A stretch of DNA of 24,148 nucleotides from a virus (taxonomy: Duplodnaviria; Caudoviricetes): positions 1 to 24,148 of the IMG/VR virus record IMGVR_UViG_3300010398_000407, one strand, 5' to 3'. Of the stretch, positions 24,135 through 24,148 are shown one piece after another. The position numbers and the translations under genes are program-made. Under the pieces are notes generated by a model that made no database searches, was not told the origin of the DNA, and worked only from the letters and a program-made list of their open reading frames with translations. Position 1 is the stretch's first letter, and every line of letters starts with the position of its first letter.

Positions 24135-24148
24135 ATTCCACCTCATTC

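Overview
This window is a GC-rich, densely coded segment of a tailed-phage genome with short-tailed (podovirus-like) gene order; an actinobacterial host is inferred, not shown. The + strand (1-19534) is a late operon: small ORFs, portal, a 193-aa beta-rich protein, scaffold, major capsid, adaptor- and nozzle-like tail proteins, then five cysteine-free putative ejection proteins (401, 721, 1613, 325 and 81 aa). The 325-aa one is a lysozyme-like plus M15 peptidase fusion. An amidase endolysin, small membrane/collagen-like proteins and a basic protein follow. The - strand (24148-19588) converges on it with small and zinc-finger proteins, a TOPRIM-SF4 primase-helicase lacking an N-terminal zinc-binding domain, a coupled 50-aa Cys4 zinc ribbon, an N4/N6 DNA methyltransferase, an SLT/Rpf-like transglycosylase and an Hjc-type resolvase. 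I saw no terminase, integrase, tRNA, CRISPR or clear tail fibre. Highlights are a 9.4-kb Cys-free block carrying its own wall hydrolase, two likely CTG-initiated genes, a possibly split primase and a 113-nt gene overlap with an embedded Shine-Dalgarno. All calls come from motif reading and synteny; no database searches were run.
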